DNA from: an uncultured bacterium
GTDB lineage: Bacteria > Actinomycetota > Actinomycetes > Mycobacteriales > CAJCIY01
Assembly: GCA_964245825.1 (NCBI GenBank)
Contig: CAXTNT010000002.1
Coordinates: 223,728 to 287,727 of the forward strand
Direction: 5' to 3'
Length of the DNA stretch: 64,000 bases
Shown: positions 27,274-35,350 of the stretch, one piece after another
How the letters are laid out: each line of letters starts with the position of its first letter
Numbering within the stretch: the first letter of the stretch is position 1
Notes under the pieces: generated by a model
What the model was told of the DNA's origin: nothing
Database searches by the model: none
The model's input: the letters and a program-made list of their open reading frames with translations, nothing else
Program-made: the position numbers and the translations under genes

Positions 27274-27741
27274 TCAGAGGCGTACCCACGCGGTGGTGAT
27301 GCGGCGTCCTCCGAGTCGGAAGCGTACGAGGGCGTCGGGAACGGTCGCGAACGCGAAGCGCGCATCCGCGTCGACGACCGACGTGACGAGCGCTCCGTCG
27401 GCCGCTTCGAGCACGACCTCCGTGACCTCTCCGGCGGCGACGCCGTCGACGAGGCCGAGCAGGGAACGCCGACCCCCGTCCCCGACGACCTGGATGTCGA
27501 TCGTGATCCCCGCGCACTGGAACGACACCAGCCGTATCTCGGCCGCCCCGGCACGGACGGTGCCGGCAGCGGTGAGGGAGTCGGCCACCAGCGTCGCCAG
27601 CTCGTCGTCGAGATGGCGCCGACCGAAGACGCCGCGGCCGAGCTCGTAGGTCAGCTCGGGAACGGGATCGATCACGCGGGCGATGTCAGCCAGCCGCGCG
27701 AGCAGGTCCTCTTCCTCGGGCGACGACGTCGGTCCGGTCAC
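27274..27741 (-). CDS. Hypothetical protein co-transcribed with the ECF sigma factor (candidate anti-sigma/regulatory partner, no TM segment)
   Basis: 155 aa with protein-like composition; the overlapping alternative ORFs are R/P/S-rich junk. Its start overlaps the sigma-factor stop by 4 nt. Confidence 0.55.
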   Translation of the reverse strand: MTGPTSSPEEEDLLARLADIARVIDPVPELTYELGRGVFGRRHLDDELATLVADSLTAAGTVRAGAAEIRLVSFQCAGITIDIQVVGDGGRRSLLGLVDGVAAGEVTEVVLEAADGALVTSVVDADARFAFATVPDALVRFRLGGRRITTAWVRL

Positions 27742-28391
27742 GGTGATCCCTCCGCTGTGGCGGTGCCGAAGGCGTAGCCGCTGGCGGCCAGCAGCTCACG
27801 CAGCCGGTCGAGGCAGCGCATGCGGGTGGGTCCGATGGAGCCGATCGGCAGGCCCAGCGCGGTCGAGATCTCGGCGTAACTGGTGCGCTCGACCGACATC
27901 AGGACGCGGAGCAGGGTCTGGCATCGCGCGGACAGCCCGCCGAAGCTCTGCCACAGGGCGGCGTCGCGCTCGGCCAGGAGCAGGTGATGGTCGACGGGTG
28001 GTGCCCCCTCGTCCGGGACCTCGAGCATGGCCTCGTCACTCCACTCGGGTGCTTCCCGCCCGGACCGCCTGAGCGTCGCCAGACATTCGCGCCGCGCCGT
28101 CGTCGCCAGCCAACCGGCCAGCGTCTCCGGATCGCGGATGGTGTCGAGGTTCTCCAACAGCCGGAGCCAGGTCGTCTGGATGACGTCGGCCGCAGCGCCG
28201 GTGTCGAGCCGGTACGCCCGGCCTATCGACCAGAGCAGGTTGGTGAACCGGTCGACGAGGAGGTTCCACGCGAGCTCGTCGCCGTCCGCGGCTCGTCGCA
28301 CGAGCTCCGTCAGGTCGTCGGGTGCCGGCACGACGGAGTCGTCCTCACAGGAGCTGACCCACCTCGCAGTCCCGACCGCACAGCTCATCAT
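27738..28391 (-). CDS. ECF-type (sigma-70 family) RNA polymerase sigma factor
   Basis: Sigma region 2 (LVRRAADGDELAWNLLVDRFTNLLWSIGRAY ... DVIQTTWLRL) and a region 4 helix-turn-helix (SYAEISTALGLPIGSIGPTRMRCLDRLR). Confidence 0.85.
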   Translation of the reverse strand: MMSCAVGTARWVSSCEDDSVVPAPDDLTELVRRAADGDELAWNLLVDRFTNLLWSIGRAYRLDTGAAADVIQTTWLRLLENLDTIRDPETLAGWLATTARRECLATLRRSGREAPEWSDEAMLEVPDEGAPPVDHHLLLAERDAALWQSFGGLSARCQTLLRVLMSVERTSYAEISTALGLPIGSIGPTRMRCLDRLRELLAASGYAFGTATAEGSP

Positions 28392-28531
28392 GGCATCCGA
28401 CGCATCCCGTCTGGGTTCCGCCCGCCGCCGACGACGAACACGTGAACGAGAGGCGCGGGTGACGCGGGTGATACATCCCGTCTCCCTCTCGTCCGGGCAA
28501 ACCGGGCGGGCACGCCTCTAGGGTCGGTGCC

Positions 28532-29272
28532 GTGCGCGGTCCGGCGGTCTCCGACCCGATGACCGACGCGATGTCCGAGGACGCCGTCTGCCTGGCCCTG
28601 CTGGCCGCCGGTGCCCTGAGCGTGCGGGACGTCGACGCCGGCGAGGAGCCCTTCCTGTACAGCTCGGGCAACCACGGACCCGGGTACGTGATGGTGAAGG
28701 CGCTGGTCGCACGGCAGGCCGTGTTCCGGGCGCTGATCGACGCCCTGGCCGCGAAGCTCATCGACGCCGGGGTGCCCTTCGACCACGTCATCGGCAACGC
28801 GACCGGCGGGATGATCCCGGCGTACGCGCTCCGGGAGGCCTACCAACGCCGTAGCGGCCGGACCGACGTGGAGTACGTGTACGTGCGGGGCGCTCGGAAG
28901 GAGGGCGGTCACCGCGAGCTGGTCACCGGACTCGAGCACATCGCCCCGCGTACGCAGGCCGGCGCGCCATCCTCCTGGCTCGTCGTGGAGGACATGGTCA
29001 ACTTCGCCGAGACCCCGGTGAACTCGCTGCTGCTGCTGCGCAGTCTCGGCTTCGTGGCCCGGGAGGCCGCCGCGATCCTGCACGTCGACCAGCCCGAGGG
29101 GAACCGGCGGCTGCGCGCGCACGATGTCCGCCTGACCACCCTGACCTCCATGCCCCGACTGCTGGACGTCGCCGTCCGGGAGGGGTACGCCGGTCGCAGC
29201 GCCGTCGAGGGATACCGCGCCTACCTCGAGGACCCGGGCGGCTGGCAGCGGGCCAGGGGCCTCGGCGGATGA
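28532..29272 (+). CDS. Orotate-phosphoribosyltransferase-like type I PRTase with a degenerate PRPP loop
   Basis: It has the PyrE-like hood (EPFLYSSGNHGPGYV) and a flexible-loop region YVRGARKEGGHRELVTG that aligns with the PyrE loop (VRKSAKAHG..LIEG). The PRPP motif reads LVVEDMVNFAETPVNS instead of the canonical VVDDVxTTG. The start is uncertain (three in-frame Met candidates). Confidence 0.65.
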   Translation: MRGPAVSDPMTDAMSEDAVCLALLAAGALSVRDVDAGEEPFLYSSGNHGPGYVMVKALVARQAVFRALIDALAAKLIDAGVPFDHVIGNATGGMIPAYALREAYQRRSGRTDVEYVYVRGARKEGGHRELVTGLEHIAPRTQAGAPSSWLVVEDMVNFAETPVNSLLLLRSLGFVAREAAAILHVDQPEGNRRLRAHDVRLTTLTSMPRLLDVAVREGYAGRSAVEGYRAYLEDPGGWQRARGLGG

Positions 29273-29970
29273 GCCTGCTGTACGTCGGCCTCGACGGCGG
29301 CAAGCGGGAGGGCAACCTGGCGCTTGCCCATGAGCTGGCCGCGACCACCGACGGCGAGATCGGGTTCAAGGTCAACCTGGACCATGCGCTGGTGTGGGGG
29401 GAGTCGTACATCGCCGCGGTCGTCGCCTTGGGGCGCCCCGTGTTCGTCGACCTCAAGATGAACAACGGTCCGCGCACGATGAGCACGGTGGTGCGGTGGC
29501 TCGGCAGTCTCGGCGTGACGCACACCGATGTCTGGGCGTACGCCGAGAGCAACCTCACCCGGACCCTCGAGGAGCTGGCGGGGGTCACCGACCGGCCGGC
29601 CATCTTCGCGGCGACCTTCTACACCCGGTGGGACGAGGCGTACGCCCAGACGCATCACCGGATGTCGGTGGACGCGCTGATCGGCCACTGGGCGCGGGTG
29701 GCCGTCGAGCACGGCGCAGAGGGGGTCATCGTCCCCGCCACGCGGCTGGTGGCCCTCGGCGACCTGTCCACCGTCCGGATGAGTCCCGGCATCCGGCTGC
29801 CCGGGCAGCGGACGGGGAGTGCCCAGCAGCACGTCGCCACACCCGGGGAGGCACTGCTCGCCGGTGCGGACATCCTGGTGATGGGCAGCCCCATCCAACA
29901 GGCTCCGGACCCCGTCGCGGCGCTCGCCGAGGTGCTCGCCGCGATGCGCCGGGTCGAGGCGGCATCCTGA
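29269..29970 (+). CDS. Orotidine-5'-phosphate-decarboxylase-like TIM-barrel protein (OMPDC suprafamily)
   Basis: VGLDGG ... FKVNLD ... VFVDLKMNNGP gives the D-x-K-x-x-D-like catalytic arrangement. It is 233 aa and overlaps the PRTase-like gene by 4 nt. Confidence 0.65.
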   Translation: MSLLYVGLDGGKREGNLALAHELAATTDGEIGFKVNLDHALVWGESYIAAVVALGRPVFVDLKMNNGPRTMSTVVRWLGSLGVTHTDVWAYAESNLTRTLEELAGVTDRPAIFAATFYTRWDEAYAQTHHRMSVDALIGHWARVAVEHGAEGVIVPATRLVALGDLSTVRMSPGIRLPGQRTGSAQQHVATPGEALLAGADILVMGSPIQQAPDPVAALAEVLAAMRRVEAAS

Positions 29971-30020
29971 CTGGGCCGCGCAGGGCGAGACTGGGGGCGA
30001 ACCCCGACCCAGGAGCTGAC

Positions 30021-30356
30021 ATGGACCAGAGCCAGGCACAGGAACTTCTCGCCGCCGACCGGACGCGGGTGCAGGAGCTGCTCGCGGACACGGTCGCCGC
30101 CGGCCGCGAGGACCGGCTGGCCGAGGCAGAGCCCGGCGACATGGAAGACCCGGCGCAGGCGCTGGGACAGCAGGGCGTCGACGACGCGGTGGCGGCCAGC
30201 CTCCGCGAGCGCCTGGCCGCGATCGAGCGGGCCGAGCAGCGCCTGCGCGACGGGACGTACGGGGTGTCGACGCGCAGCGGTGCGCCCATCCCCGACGAAC
30301 GCCTCCGGGCCGACCCCACGGCGGAGCTCACCGTCGAGGAGGCGGCCAGCTCCTGA
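30021..30356 (+). CDS. DksA/TraR-family-like protein lacking the Cys4 zinc finger
   Basis: RBS aggag precedes the ATG. The coiled-coil and C-terminal pattern RLAAIERAEQRLRDGTYGVSTRSGAPIPDERLRADPTAEL matches the TraR/DksA zinc-finger region, but with the Cys positions replaced. Confidence 0.55.
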   Translation: MDQSQAQELLAADRTRVQELLADTVAAGREDRLAEAEPGDMEDPAQALGQQGVDDAVAASLRERLAAIERAEQRLRDGTYGVSTRSGAPIPDERLRADPTAELTVEEAASS

Positions 30357-30481
30357 GTCCCAGCCGATCGACAACGCCACCTCCCCCCTCCCTCTCCGCC
30401 GAGATGCGGCGTGTTCACCACGACACGCCGCCCCCTGCGTACATCTCCCACATCTCGGCGACGAAGGGGGCCGGGCTCAGC

Positions 30482-31879
30482 TCAACCCGACGCCGCGCGG
30501 AGTCGGGCCGCCGCGCACAGCGCAGGCAACTGCGTCACCTCCTCGTCGGCCTCGTGTACGTCGCGGTCCCGCAGGGCGGCTCGCATCCTCGGCCCGGCGG
30601 TGTCCAGGTGCACCGTGGCCAGCCGCAGCCGTCGCTGCACCGGACCCTGCGTCCGCCGGATGCTCTGCACCTTCTCTAGCGGCACCCAGTGGCTGACCCG
30701 GCGCAGCCGGCCGCTGCAGGTGGCGACGCAGCTCGCGTTTCTTCCGACCGACAGCCGGTGGTAGCTCAGCGGTGCCTTCCAGCGGGCCCGGCCCGGCGCC
30801 TTGACCTGGGTCACCGCGAGGTCCTGCAGGACCAGGCCCATCACCTGGTACGCCTGCGCGTAGCTGCCGACAGGCAACAGTGCCCGCCGCCGTGAGCCCT
30901 GGGCGCCGTCCTCCTGGCGGCTGCGCTTGCCCGCGACCGCCGCCTCGACGCGGCACCACCCGAAAGGCCGCCACAGCAGCGGTTCCACCACGCGCAGCGC
31001 CTGTACCCGACCTGGCGGCAGGAGCTCGGTGGTGGTCTGGATCAACCCCGACCGTAGCTCCAGGCCCCGGCCCGACCGGAGCACGGTCAGGTGGAACTCT
31101 CCGTTGAAGCGGCGCCACAGCGCGGTGCCGAGCCCGATCAGGAAGACCGCGCCACTCCCGACCAGGGCACCTGCGGCGGCTGGGCTGAAGACGGCGGTGA
31201 CGAGGACGGCGGTGAGGTAGAGCGCCGCGAACAGTCCGCTCACGCTCAACAAGAGCGAGGCGACGAGCCGGCCGGCAGCCACGCGCAGGACGAGGGCGCC
31301 CGCCTCGCCCGGTGCCGCGGTGGCGGCTGACGCGGTGGCGGCTGGTGCGGTGGCGGCTGGTGCGGTGGCGGCTGGTGCGGCGCCGGCTGGTGCGGTGCCG
31401 GCAGTCGTGGCGCCGGCGTGTGCGGGCAGTGCCAGCAGCTGTTCGCGCAGCGCGCGCGCGTCGGCGTTCGGCAGGCAGGCGAGTCGGCCTTTGCCGCTGC
31501 CGCCGGCCATCCGCAGCCGCAGCTCGGCCAGGCCCAGCACCCGGGCCAGGCCGGTCTGCACCACGTCGATGGCCTGGACCTGACGGAGCGGATAGCGCTG
31601 GCTGCTGCGCCGGAGCAGGCCTGTCTCGATGCGCAGGTCGGCGCCCTCGACCCGCCACCGCGTCACCAGCCAGGAGACGACGCCGGCGAGCAGGGCGATC
31701 CCGACCCCGGCCGCGTCGACGAGCAGTCCGGCGAGGTCCCGGTGGCTGGTGAGCAACCGCGGGATCGCGAGCACGAGCAGCAGGATCAGCGCCCGCCCAC
31801 CCCGTATCAGCGGAGAGAGGGGATGCAGCCGGTGCCACCCTTCGAGCCCGTCGCCGGACGGCGCAGGCGGCGCGGTCAC
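30482..31879 (-). CDS. YdbT-like membrane protein with repeated bacterial PH (bPH_2) domains
   Basis: A GTG start overlapping the YdbS stop (GTGA). It has TM hairpins alternating with three bPH-like modules, plus an internal Ala/Thr/Pro linker encoded by 15-bp tandem repeats. Confidence 0.7.
   Translation of the reverse strand: MTAPPAPSGDGLEGWHRLHPLSPLIRGGRALILLLVLAIPRLLTSHRDLAGLLVDAAGVGIALLAGVVSWLVTRWRVEGADLRIETGLLRRSSQRYPLRQVQAIDVVQTGLARVLGLAELRLRMAGGSGKGRLACLPNADARALREQLLALPAHAGATTAGTAPAGAAPAATAPAATAPAATASAATAAPGEAGALVLRVAAGRLVASLLLSVSGLFAALYLTAVLVTAVFSPAAAGALVGSGAVFLIGLGTALWRRFNGEFHLTVLRSGRGLELRSGLIQTTTELLPPGRVQALRVVEPLLWRPFGWCRVEAAVAGKRSRQEDGAQGSRRRALLPVGSYAQAYQVMGLVLQDLAVTQVKAPGRARWKAPLSYHRLSVGRNASCVATCSGRLRRVSHWVPLEKVQSIRRTQGPVQRRLRLATVHLDTAGPRMRAALRDRDVHEADEEVTQLPALCAAARLRAASG
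31316..31410. repeat. In-frame tandem repeat of a 15-bp unit (gcggtggcggctggt, ~6 copies with variants) inside the YdbT-like gene
   Basis: Read directly; it encodes the (TAPAA)n-like low-complexity linker. Confidence 0.8.
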
Positions 31880-32388
31880 AGGCCCATGCTCCGGGCCTCG
31901 CCGCGTTCGGCCAGCGCGTCGCGCAGTCGCTGGGCATCGGCACCGGCCAGGCCGGGGATGCGGGCGTCGCTCGCGGCGGCGGCGGTGTGCAGCCGCACGG
32001 TCGAGAGCCCGAAGGCCCGCTCGAACGGCCCGGCGCTCACGTCCACGAACTGCATCCGGCCGTACGGGACCACCGACAGCCGCCGGAACATCAGCCCCCG
32101 CCGTACCAGCAGGTCGTCCTGGCGCTCCAGATAGCCCCAGGCCCGGACGCGCCGGTGGCTCAGCAACAGCGCCGCCGAGCCCAGGGCCACGGTGATCGCT
32201 CCGAGGACCAGCGCCGTCACCCGGTTGCCGGCCAGCAGCGGCAGCACGACGAGCACGACCAGGACCGCGGCCGTGACGAGCCCCACCTGCGTGCGCCGCA
32301 CCAGCAGCAGCCGGGGTGAGGGGTGCTGCCACGCGAGGCCGTCATCCACGGCGCACAGTGTGACCCGGCGTCGGCCCGCTTCGCTCAA
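31876..32388 (-). CDS. YdbS-like bPH_2-domain membrane protein
   Basis: 170 aa with a two-TM hairpin followed by a PH-like domain (GYLERQDDLLVRRGLMFRRLSVVPYGRMQFVDV). Confidence 0.7.
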   Translation of the reverse strand: MSEAGRRRVTLCAVDDGLAWQHPSPRLLLVRRTQVGLVTAAVLVVLVVLPLLAGNRVTALVLGAITVALGSAALLLSHRRVRAWGYLERQDDLLVRRGLMFRRLSVVPYGRMQFVDVSAGPFERAFGLSTVRLHTAAAASDARIPGLAGADAQRLRDALAERGEARSMGL

Positions 32389-32481
32389 GACGGCCGCGGC
32401 CGGCGCCGATGCCCAGAGGGTCTGTCGTCAGCAGACTCCGGCGGTACGGCGACCGGACAGCGCGAAGGTCGGGGAGCCCGG

Positions 32482-33579
32482 ATGGCTGGCTGTGTCGGCT
32501 GCACGTGTCAGCGCAGCCCGGGTGTCGGAACCGGCGGTTGGGTCTTCTTGGCCAGCCGCGTCTCGCACACCGTCGCCGCCCTGGAGTCGGTGCTGGCCCG
32601 TACGGAGGCCTCGGTCACCCGGCGGGCACCCGGACTGCTCGCAGCCGCCACCACCGACCCGAGCGGCCTGCTCGCCGCGGCACGCGCCGCGCTGACGGCG
32701 ACCGAGGCCGAGGAGGTTCGCGCGGCCGTGCTGGGCGACCTCGACCACGATGACCTGCTGGCAGCGGCCTTCACCGCGCCGACGCTCGCGCAGTGCGGCG
32801 CGCGGGTCGACCATGCCCGCCTGCTGCCGCTGCTCGACGACGAGCTGAACGCCTTCCACTCGGTGTACCAGCCGATCGTGTCCCTGCGGCCGGAGGCCGG
32901 TCACGCCGTGGTCGGCCACGAGGCACTGCTGCGGGCGACCGGCCCCGACGGTCCGGTCCTGCCCGACCAGATGTTCGCCGCCGCGTCTGCCGCCGGCTGG
33001 CTGCACGCCCTGGATCGCGTCGGCCGCACGACCGCGCTCCGCGGGGCGGCTGGCTGGCTCGGCGACGATCTGCTGTTCGTCAACTTCGTCCCGACCACGA
33101 TCTACCGGCCCGAGGTGTGCCTGCGGACCACCGAACAGGCCGCCCGGACCGCCGGGCTGCGTTTGGACCAGCTCGTCTTCGAGGTGACCGAGAGCGAGCG
33201 GGTCACGGACATCGACCACCTGAGCTTCGTGTTCGACTACTACCGGCGACGCGGCTGCCGGGTGGCGCTGGACGACCTGGGCTCCGGCTTCTCCTCGCTG
33301 AACCTGCTGGTGCGGCTGCGCCCCGACGTGGTCAAGCTGGACAAGGAGTTGGTGCAGGGTCTACCCGACCCGGTCAACACCGCGGTCGTCGCGGCGATCG
33401 TGCAGATGACGCACAGCTACGGCGGATCGGTGCTCGCCGAGTGCATCGAGACCGCGGAGCAGGCGGCCTCGGCCACCGACCTCGGCGTGGACCTGGGTCA
33501 GGGCTGGTTCTTCGGCCGTCCGCAACCACGGACACGAGCGGCCACCGGGACTCGTCCCGTCCTGACCCCGGCCGGCTAG
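32482..33579 (+). CDS. EAL-domain c-di-GMP phosphodiesterase (stand-alone EAL with an N-terminal uncharacterised region)
   Basis: SVYQPIVSL, EALLR, FEVTESE, LDDLGSGFSSL, KLDKELV and GQGWFFGRP match an intact EAL catalytic set. The start is uncertain; a GTG at 32323 opens the ORF. Confidence 0.8.
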   Translation: MAGCVGCTCQRSPGVGTGGWVFLASRVSHTVAALESVLARTEASVTRRAPGLLAAATTDPSGLLAAARAALTATEAEEVRAAVLGDLDHDDLLAAAFTAPTLAQCGARVDHARLLPLLDDELNAFHSVYQPIVSLRPEAGHAVVGHEALLRATGPDGPVLPDQMFAAASAAGWLHALDRVGRTTALRGAAGWLGDDLLFVNFVPTTIYRPEVCLRTTEQAARTAGLRLDQLVFEVTESERVTDIDHLSFVFDYYRRRGCRVALDDLGSGFSSLNLLVRLRPDVVKLDKELVQGLPDPVNTAVVAAIVQMTHSYGGSVLAECIETAEQAASATDLGVDLGQGWFFGRPQPRTRAATGTRPVLTPAG

Positions 33580-33691
33580 GACCCACGACCACTCGGATCG
33601 GCACACTCGGGCGGCGTTGGGGGCGCCGAGGAAGGAACGGCACCGGCAACAGTTCGGGATCGCCCGTCGGCGGTTGTGGTGCGATGGCCCG

Positions 33692-35230
33692 GTGACACCC
33701 GTCGTCGTCGGCATCGGTCCGCTCGCCCCGGCGGACGTCCTCGCGGTGGCGCGGCACCAGGCACCCGTCGTGCTTTCCCCACCGGCACTTGCCGCCGTCG
33801 CCGCGACCCGTGCGGTGATCGAGGCACTGGCGGAGGACCCTGAACCGCACTACGGAATCTCGACCGGCTTCGGGGCGCTGGCGGCCCGGCACATCCCGGT
33901 CGCCTCGCGCGCCCGGCTGCAGCGCAGCCTGGTTCGGTCGCACGCCGCCGGCAGCGGAGCCGAGGTCGAGACCGAGGTCGTCCGCGCGCTCATGCTGCTA
34001 AGGCTCTCGACGCTTGCCACCGGGCGGACCGGCGTTCGGCCGGCCACCGCCCAGGCGTACGTGGAGATGCTGAACGCCGGGATCACCCCCGTCGTCTACG
34101 AGTACGGCTCGCTCGGCTGCTCGGGTGACCTCGCGCCGCTGGCCCACGTCGCCCTGGCCGCGATGGGCGAGGGACCGGTGCGGGTACGGGACGGTGAGCC
34201 GGTGCCGGCGGCGGAAGCCCTTGCGGCACAGGGCCTTTCGCCCGTCGTGCTAGCCGAGAAGGAGGGCCTGGCCCTCATCAACGGCACCGACGGCATGCTC
34301 GGGATGCTGGTGCTCGCGCTGCACGACCTGACCGCGCTGCTCAAGGTCGCCGACGTGACGGCGGCGATGAGCGTCGAGGCACTGCTGGCCACCGACGCCG
34401 TGTTCGCCGCCGACCTGCAGGCGCTGCGCCCGCAGACCGGACAGGCGCTGTCCGCGGCGAACCTGCGCACCCTCCTGGGCGGCTCCGCGATCATGGCCAG
34501 CCACCGCGAGCCCGGCTCGTGTACGCGGGTGCAGGACGCGTACTCCCTGCGGTGCTCCCCGCAGGTGCACGGCGGTGCCCGCGACACGGTCGACCATGCG
34601 GCGCTGGTCGCCGGCCGGGAGCTGGCCAGCGCCATCGACAACCCCGTCGTCACCCTCGACGGCCGGGTCGAGTCGAACGGCAACTTCCACGGCGCGCCCG
34701 TCGCGTACGTGCTGGACTTCCTCGCGATCGTCGCGGCCGACGTGGCCTCGATCAGCGAGCGGCGTACCGACCGGATGCTGGACGCGCACCGCAGCGCGGG
34801 CCTGCCGCCGTTCCTCGCCGACGACCCCGGCGTGGACTCCGGCCACATGATCGTCCAGTACACCCAGGCGGCGATCGTCAGCGAGCTCAAGCGGCTGGCC
34901 GCGCCGGCGTCGGTCGACTCCATCCCGTCGTCGGGGATGCAGGAGGACCACGTCTCGATGGGCTGGTCCGCCGCCCGCAAGCTGCGGCGCTCGGTGGACG
35001 GGCTGACCCGGGTGCTCGCGATCGAGCTGCTGACCGCGGCCCGCGCGCTGGACCTGCGGACGCCGCTGACCCCCGCACCCGCGACGGCGGCGGCGGTGGC
35101 GGCGCTGCGCGCGATGGTCGCCGGTCCGGGGCCCGACCGCCACCTCGCGCCCGAGATCGAGGCGGCGGTCGCGCTCGTACGCGGCGGACTGCTCGACGCG
35201 GTCGAAGCCGTCACCGGTCCGCTCGCCTGA
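33692..35230 (+). CDS. hutH: Histidine ammonia-lyase
   Basis: An MIO-enzyme family protein (YGISTGFGALA, GSLGCSGDLAPLAH, NGTDGMLG). The N-terminal GTG is chosen to match the canonical ~510-aa length. Confidence 0.85.
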   Translation: MTPVVVGIGPLAPADVLAVARHQAPVVLSPPALAAVAATRAVIEALAEDPEPHYGISTGFGALAARHIPVASRARLQRSLVRSHAAGSGAEVETEVVRALMLLRLSTLATGRTGVRPATAQAYVEMLNAGITPVVYEYGSLGCSGDLAPLAHVALAAMGEGPVRVRDGEPVPAAEALAAQGLSPVVLAEKEGLALINGTDGMLGMLVLALHDLTALLKVADVTAAMSVEALLATDAVFAADLQALRPQTGQALSAANLRTLLGGSAIMASHREPGSCTRVQDAYSLRCSPQVHGGARDTVDHAALVAGRELASAIDNPVVTLDGRVESNGNFHGAPVAYVLDFLAIVAADVASISERRTDRMLDAHRSAGLPPFLADDPGVDSGHMIVQYTQAAIVSELKRLAAPASVDSIPSSGMQEDHVSMGWSAARKLRRSVDGLTRVLAIELLTAARALDLRTPLTPAPATAAAVAALRAMVAGPGPDRHLAPEIEAAVALVRGGLLDAVEAVTGPLA

Positions 35231-35350
35231 CCGTGTCCACCGTCAGGACATAGGACGAGTCGCTCCCGTGATGGAACGCGGCGAGTGGCGATCATCGAGC
35301 CCCGCCAGCCCGCGCCGCCGGCCGCGCCGGAACCTGGCTCGTGGTCGCGG

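Noticed and set aside
28532-29970. Interpretation of the PRTase/decarboxylase pair as the housekeeping pyrE-pyrF
   Set aside because: Not excluded. It is disfavoured because the PRPP-binding loop lacks the conserved TTG/acidic signature and because the pair is co-located with a regulatory (ECF sigma) locus rather than other pyr genes. Genome-wide context is needed.
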